From Escherichia coli (lineage in GTDB: Bacteria; Pseudomonadota; Gammaproteobacteria; Enterobacterales; Enterobacteriaceae), in the NCBI RefSeq assembly GCF_003334385.1, contig NZ_QOWN01000113.1: a stretch of 1,431 nucleotides of DNA, one strand, 5' to 3'. The position numbers were made by a program, and so were the translations under genes. The notes under the pieces are model-generated. The model was not told the origin of the DNA. It worked only from the letters and a program-made list of their open reading frames with translations, and ran no database searches. Below are positions 1 through 1,431 of the stretch, one piece after another; position 1 is the stretch's first letter; each line of letters opens with the position of its first letter.

Positions 1-122
1 CGCTCAAGCAACAGCGCATTCTGGCGCATGATCCGGTAAACACGTTTGGCATTGATCGCAGGCATACCATCAAGTTCGGCCTGTCTGCGAAGCAGCGCCC
101 ATACCCGACGATAACCATACGT
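1..122 (-). pseudogene. insD: Internal fragment of IS2 (IS3 family) transposase orfB/insD; 5' end and insC missing, continues past window start
   Basis: Minus-strand translation of 1-119 reads [40 protein letters not shown], which matches the IS2 InsD protein as I remember it (around residues 46-85). The frame upstream of this ([20 protein letters not shown]) is not InsD, so homology breaks near nt 122/123. No start codon or insC is present. This ORF is not in the supplied track because it runs off the window edge. Confidence 0.75.
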
Positions 123-144
123 GTCACGAACGGTGCAATAGTGA

Positions 145-169
145 TTCTTCCGCAACTTGGGTGGAAGAA
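145..169. repeat. Imperfect inverted repeat / hairpin (TTCTTCCGC-aacttgg-GTGGAAGAA)
   Basis: 145-151 TTCTTCC is the exact reverse complement of 163-169 GGAAGAA. The stem extends to 9 bp with one G-T pair (152/162) and a C-G pair (153/161), around a 7-nt loop. It lies 22 bp right of the IS2 junction and 47 bp upstream of the ORF start. No T-run follows on either strand, so it is not an intrinsic terminator. Confidence 0.4.
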
Positions 170-216
170 AATGGATGAAACTTTCTGGTGAACAAAGATC
201 TAAGCTGTTTTAAGTC

Positions 217-1359
217 ATGGGCAACTCAATGCACTCTCTTAAGACACTTCTACAGTTACCTTGCGGATGGCGATGCAGTCGACAAATTATTAGCTCTGAC
301 GGTATAACCCTCCATCTCCACGGAAAACGCAACACAGCACAATGTCCTGAATGCTTTAAGCGTAGCGACTCTGTTCATAGTTGTCGTCGGCGCCGGATAC
401 AGCATCTACCCTGCTCAGGACATACGCTATGGCTTGTATTTTCCGTCCGCCACTGGTACTGCCGTAACCCGGCTTGTTCACGTAAAATTTTTGCCGAGTC
501 GCTTGCTCCCTTCGCCGGTTCACACCAACAGTCTTCACTGGCGTTACAAAATTTACAACGTCAACTGGGATTAATCGCCGGAGGTGAGGCCGGGAAACGG
601 GTAGCAACGGCAGTGGGTCTCCGTTGCAGTGCTGATACTCTCCTTCGCAGGGTTATCAATACCCCGGAGACGAAACAGTCAGGCGCGCCTCATGTCGGTA
701 TTGATGAGTGGGCGTGGCATCGGGGCCACCGTTACGGTACGTTAATCGTCAATCTTGATACTCACCGTCCCCTCGTCCTGCTTCCCGGCCGTGATCAGCG
801 TACGCTGGCGACCTGGTTCAGAAAATATCCGGAAATACAGATTGTCTCGCGTGATCGCAGTGGAGTCTATGCGACAGCAGCACGTGAAGGTGCACCTCAG
901 GCCAGACAGGTGGCCGATCGATGGCATCTGCTAAAAAATATTGGCGATGCGCCTGAACGAATGATGTACAGACATATACCTCTGATACGTCTTGTTGCCA
1001 GTGAGTTGTCACCAAAGAAATCACCTGATCCAGAACCATCTGTGCCTGCAGCATCGCTCCGTCGTTCGGAACGCCTAAAACAACAAACCCGCAAAAAACG
1101 GCATCAGCGTTGGACAGAGGTTATGGCCCTGCATAACAAGGGATGTAGTTTCAGGGAAATATCCCGTATTACAGGCCTGTCGCGTGTGACAGTCAGTCGC
1201 TGGGGGCGTTCAGGAACATTCCCTGAAATGTCAACCCGGCCTCCAAAGCTAGGGCTTCTGGCCCCATGGAGGGAGTGGTTAAAAGAGCAACGAGAAAGTG
1301 GTAATTATAACGCTAGCCGGATATGGCGGGAAATGGTGGCCCGGGGATTTACAGCATAA
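217..1359 (+). CDS. ISL3-family-like transposase with atypical C-terminus (possibly inactive, chimeric or domesticated)
   Basis: 380-aa ORF with ATG at 217, an in-frame TAA at 211-213 just upstream, and stop TAA at 1360-1362. The N-terminus (LLQLP...CPECFKRSDSVHS...RRIQHLPCSGHTLWLVFSVRHWYCRNPACSRKIFAE) fits the zf-ISL3 pattern. An HTH-like stretch covers aa ~108-146. DDE-core motifs are present: GIDEWAW (Asp at nt 703-705), VSRDRSG (Asp at nt 853-855) and VADRWHLLKN (nt 916-918), comparable to the WDE / MDM / DRFH motifs of ISL3 transposases such as IS1167. No obvious Shine-Dalgarno sequence precedes the ATG. Confidence 0.8.
   Translation: MGNSMHSLKTLLQLPCGWRCSRQIISSDGITLHLHGKRNTAQCPECFKRSDSVHSCRRRRIQHLPCSGHTLWLVFSVRHWYCRNPACSRKIFAESLAPFAGSHQQSSLALQNLQRQLGLIAGGEAGKRVATAVGLRCSADTLLRRVINTPETKQSGAPHVGIDEWAWHRGHRYGTLIVNLDTHRPLVLLPGRDQRTLATWFRKYPEIQIVSRDRSGVYATAAREGAPQARQVADRWHLLKNIGDAPERMMYRHIPLIRLVASELSPKKSPDPEPSVPAASLRRSERLKQQTRKKRHQRWTEVMALHNKGCSFREISRITGLSRVTVSRWGRSGTFPEMSTRPPKLGLLAPWREWLKEQRESGNYNASRIWREMVARGFTA
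343..477 (+). other. Zinc-finger region (CxxC ... CxxxxC) of the ISL3-type N-terminal domain
   Basis: Cys43/Cys46 (CPEC) and Cys82/Cys87 (YCRNPAC) are spaced as in ISL3 transposase zinc fingers, with the conserved HLP..G..L.L....R.W.C block between them. Confidence 0.6.
1108..1206 (+). other. Second, C-terminal helix-turn-helix motif within the transposase-like ORF
   Basis: aa 298-330, RWTEVMALHNKGCSFREISRITGLSRVTVSRWG, has the classic L...G.S.REI....G.SR.TVSRW HTH signature. It is followed by RPPKLGLLAPWREWLKEQRESGNYNASRIWREMVARGF, which resembles the segment after the HTH in IS21 IstA and IS481-type transposases. Confidence 0.55.
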
Positions 1360-1431
1360 GCGCTAACTTAAGGGTTGTGGTATTACGCCTGATATGATTT
1401 AACGTGCCGATGAATTACTCTCACGATAACT

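Larger units (their letters stand above)
123..1431 (+). mobile_element. Putative ISL3-like element or remnant; termini not defined within window
   Basis: Inferred from the transposase-like ORF and the abrupt end of IS2 homology at 122/123. No inverted repeat pairs the left spacer (123-216) with the right flank (1363-1431), so the right end is either beyond the window or lost. Confidence 0.35.

Noticed and set aside
3-191. Plus-strand open frame (frame 3) running from the window start to TGA at 189-191, encoding ...[62 protein letters not shown]
   Set aside because: It is antisense to the clearly recognisable IS2 insD frame and has no known counterpart in IS2. It is open by chance.
171-191. 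Mini-ORF ATGGATGAAACTTTCTGGTGA (MDETFW) in the spacer
   Set aside because: Six codons with no ribosome-binding site and nothing to suggest a leader peptide; not supportable.
356-1094. Four minus-strand ORFs from the track (356-607, 742-927, 818-1054, 897-1094; 61-83 aa)
   Set aside because: All lie antisense inside the strongly supported 380-aa ORF, overlap one another in different frames, and show no recognisable motifs. They are most likely chance open frames.
933-1096. A6 homopolymer runs (933-938 and 1091-1096) as possible programmed frameshift sites
   Set aside because: ISL3-family transposases are not known to use programmed frameshifting, and neither alternative frame after these runs continues with transposase-like sequence. 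The runs are ordinary Lys/Asn codon strings.
1418-1431. CTCTCACGATAACT at the window end loosely resembles the reverse complement of an IS2 segment (GTTATCGGAGAG) just upstream of the breakpoint
   Set aside because: The match needs an indel, is only ~12 nt, depends on my imperfect recall of IS2 DNA, and the adjacent bases do not continue the IS2 sequence. It is most likely coincidence.
123-1431. Terminal inverted repeats pairing the left spacer with the right flank
   Set aside because: No shared reverse-complement word of 6 nt or more between 123-180 and 1363-1431, so no inverted-repeat pair can be called inside the window.
1-1431. tRNA, rRNA, CRISPR array or other structured RNA gene
   Set aside because: No direct-repeat/spacer periodicity, no cloverleaf-compatible segments and no rRNA-like conserved blocks. 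Coding sequence or IS spacer accounts for the whole window.

Overview
This window is insertion-sequence material with a mosaic structure. Positions 1-122 (minus strand) carry an internal fragment of the IS2 (IS3 family) orfB/insD transposase gene. It runs off the left window edge and ends at an abrupt junction near 122/123, so its 5' part and insC are absent. A 94-bp non-coding spacer (123-216) follows, containing a 9-bp-stem hairpin. Then comes one uninterrupted 380-codon ORF (217-1359, +). Its first ~245 residues look like an ISL3-family transposase: a CxxC...CxxxxC zinc finger, an HTH, and a DDE core with two Asp. Its last ~135 residues do not look like a canonical ISL3 C-terminus. They form a basic/Pro-rich linker plus a second HTH module that resembles the N-terminal DNA-binding module of IS21 IstA or IS481-type transposases. 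No terminal inverted repeat is recognisable in the 72 bp after the stop. No rRNA, tRNA or CRISPR is present. All family assignments are from reading the translations against remembered family motifs; no database search was run. The most interesting item is the unusual architecture of the transposase-like ORF, which may be chimeric or domesticated.
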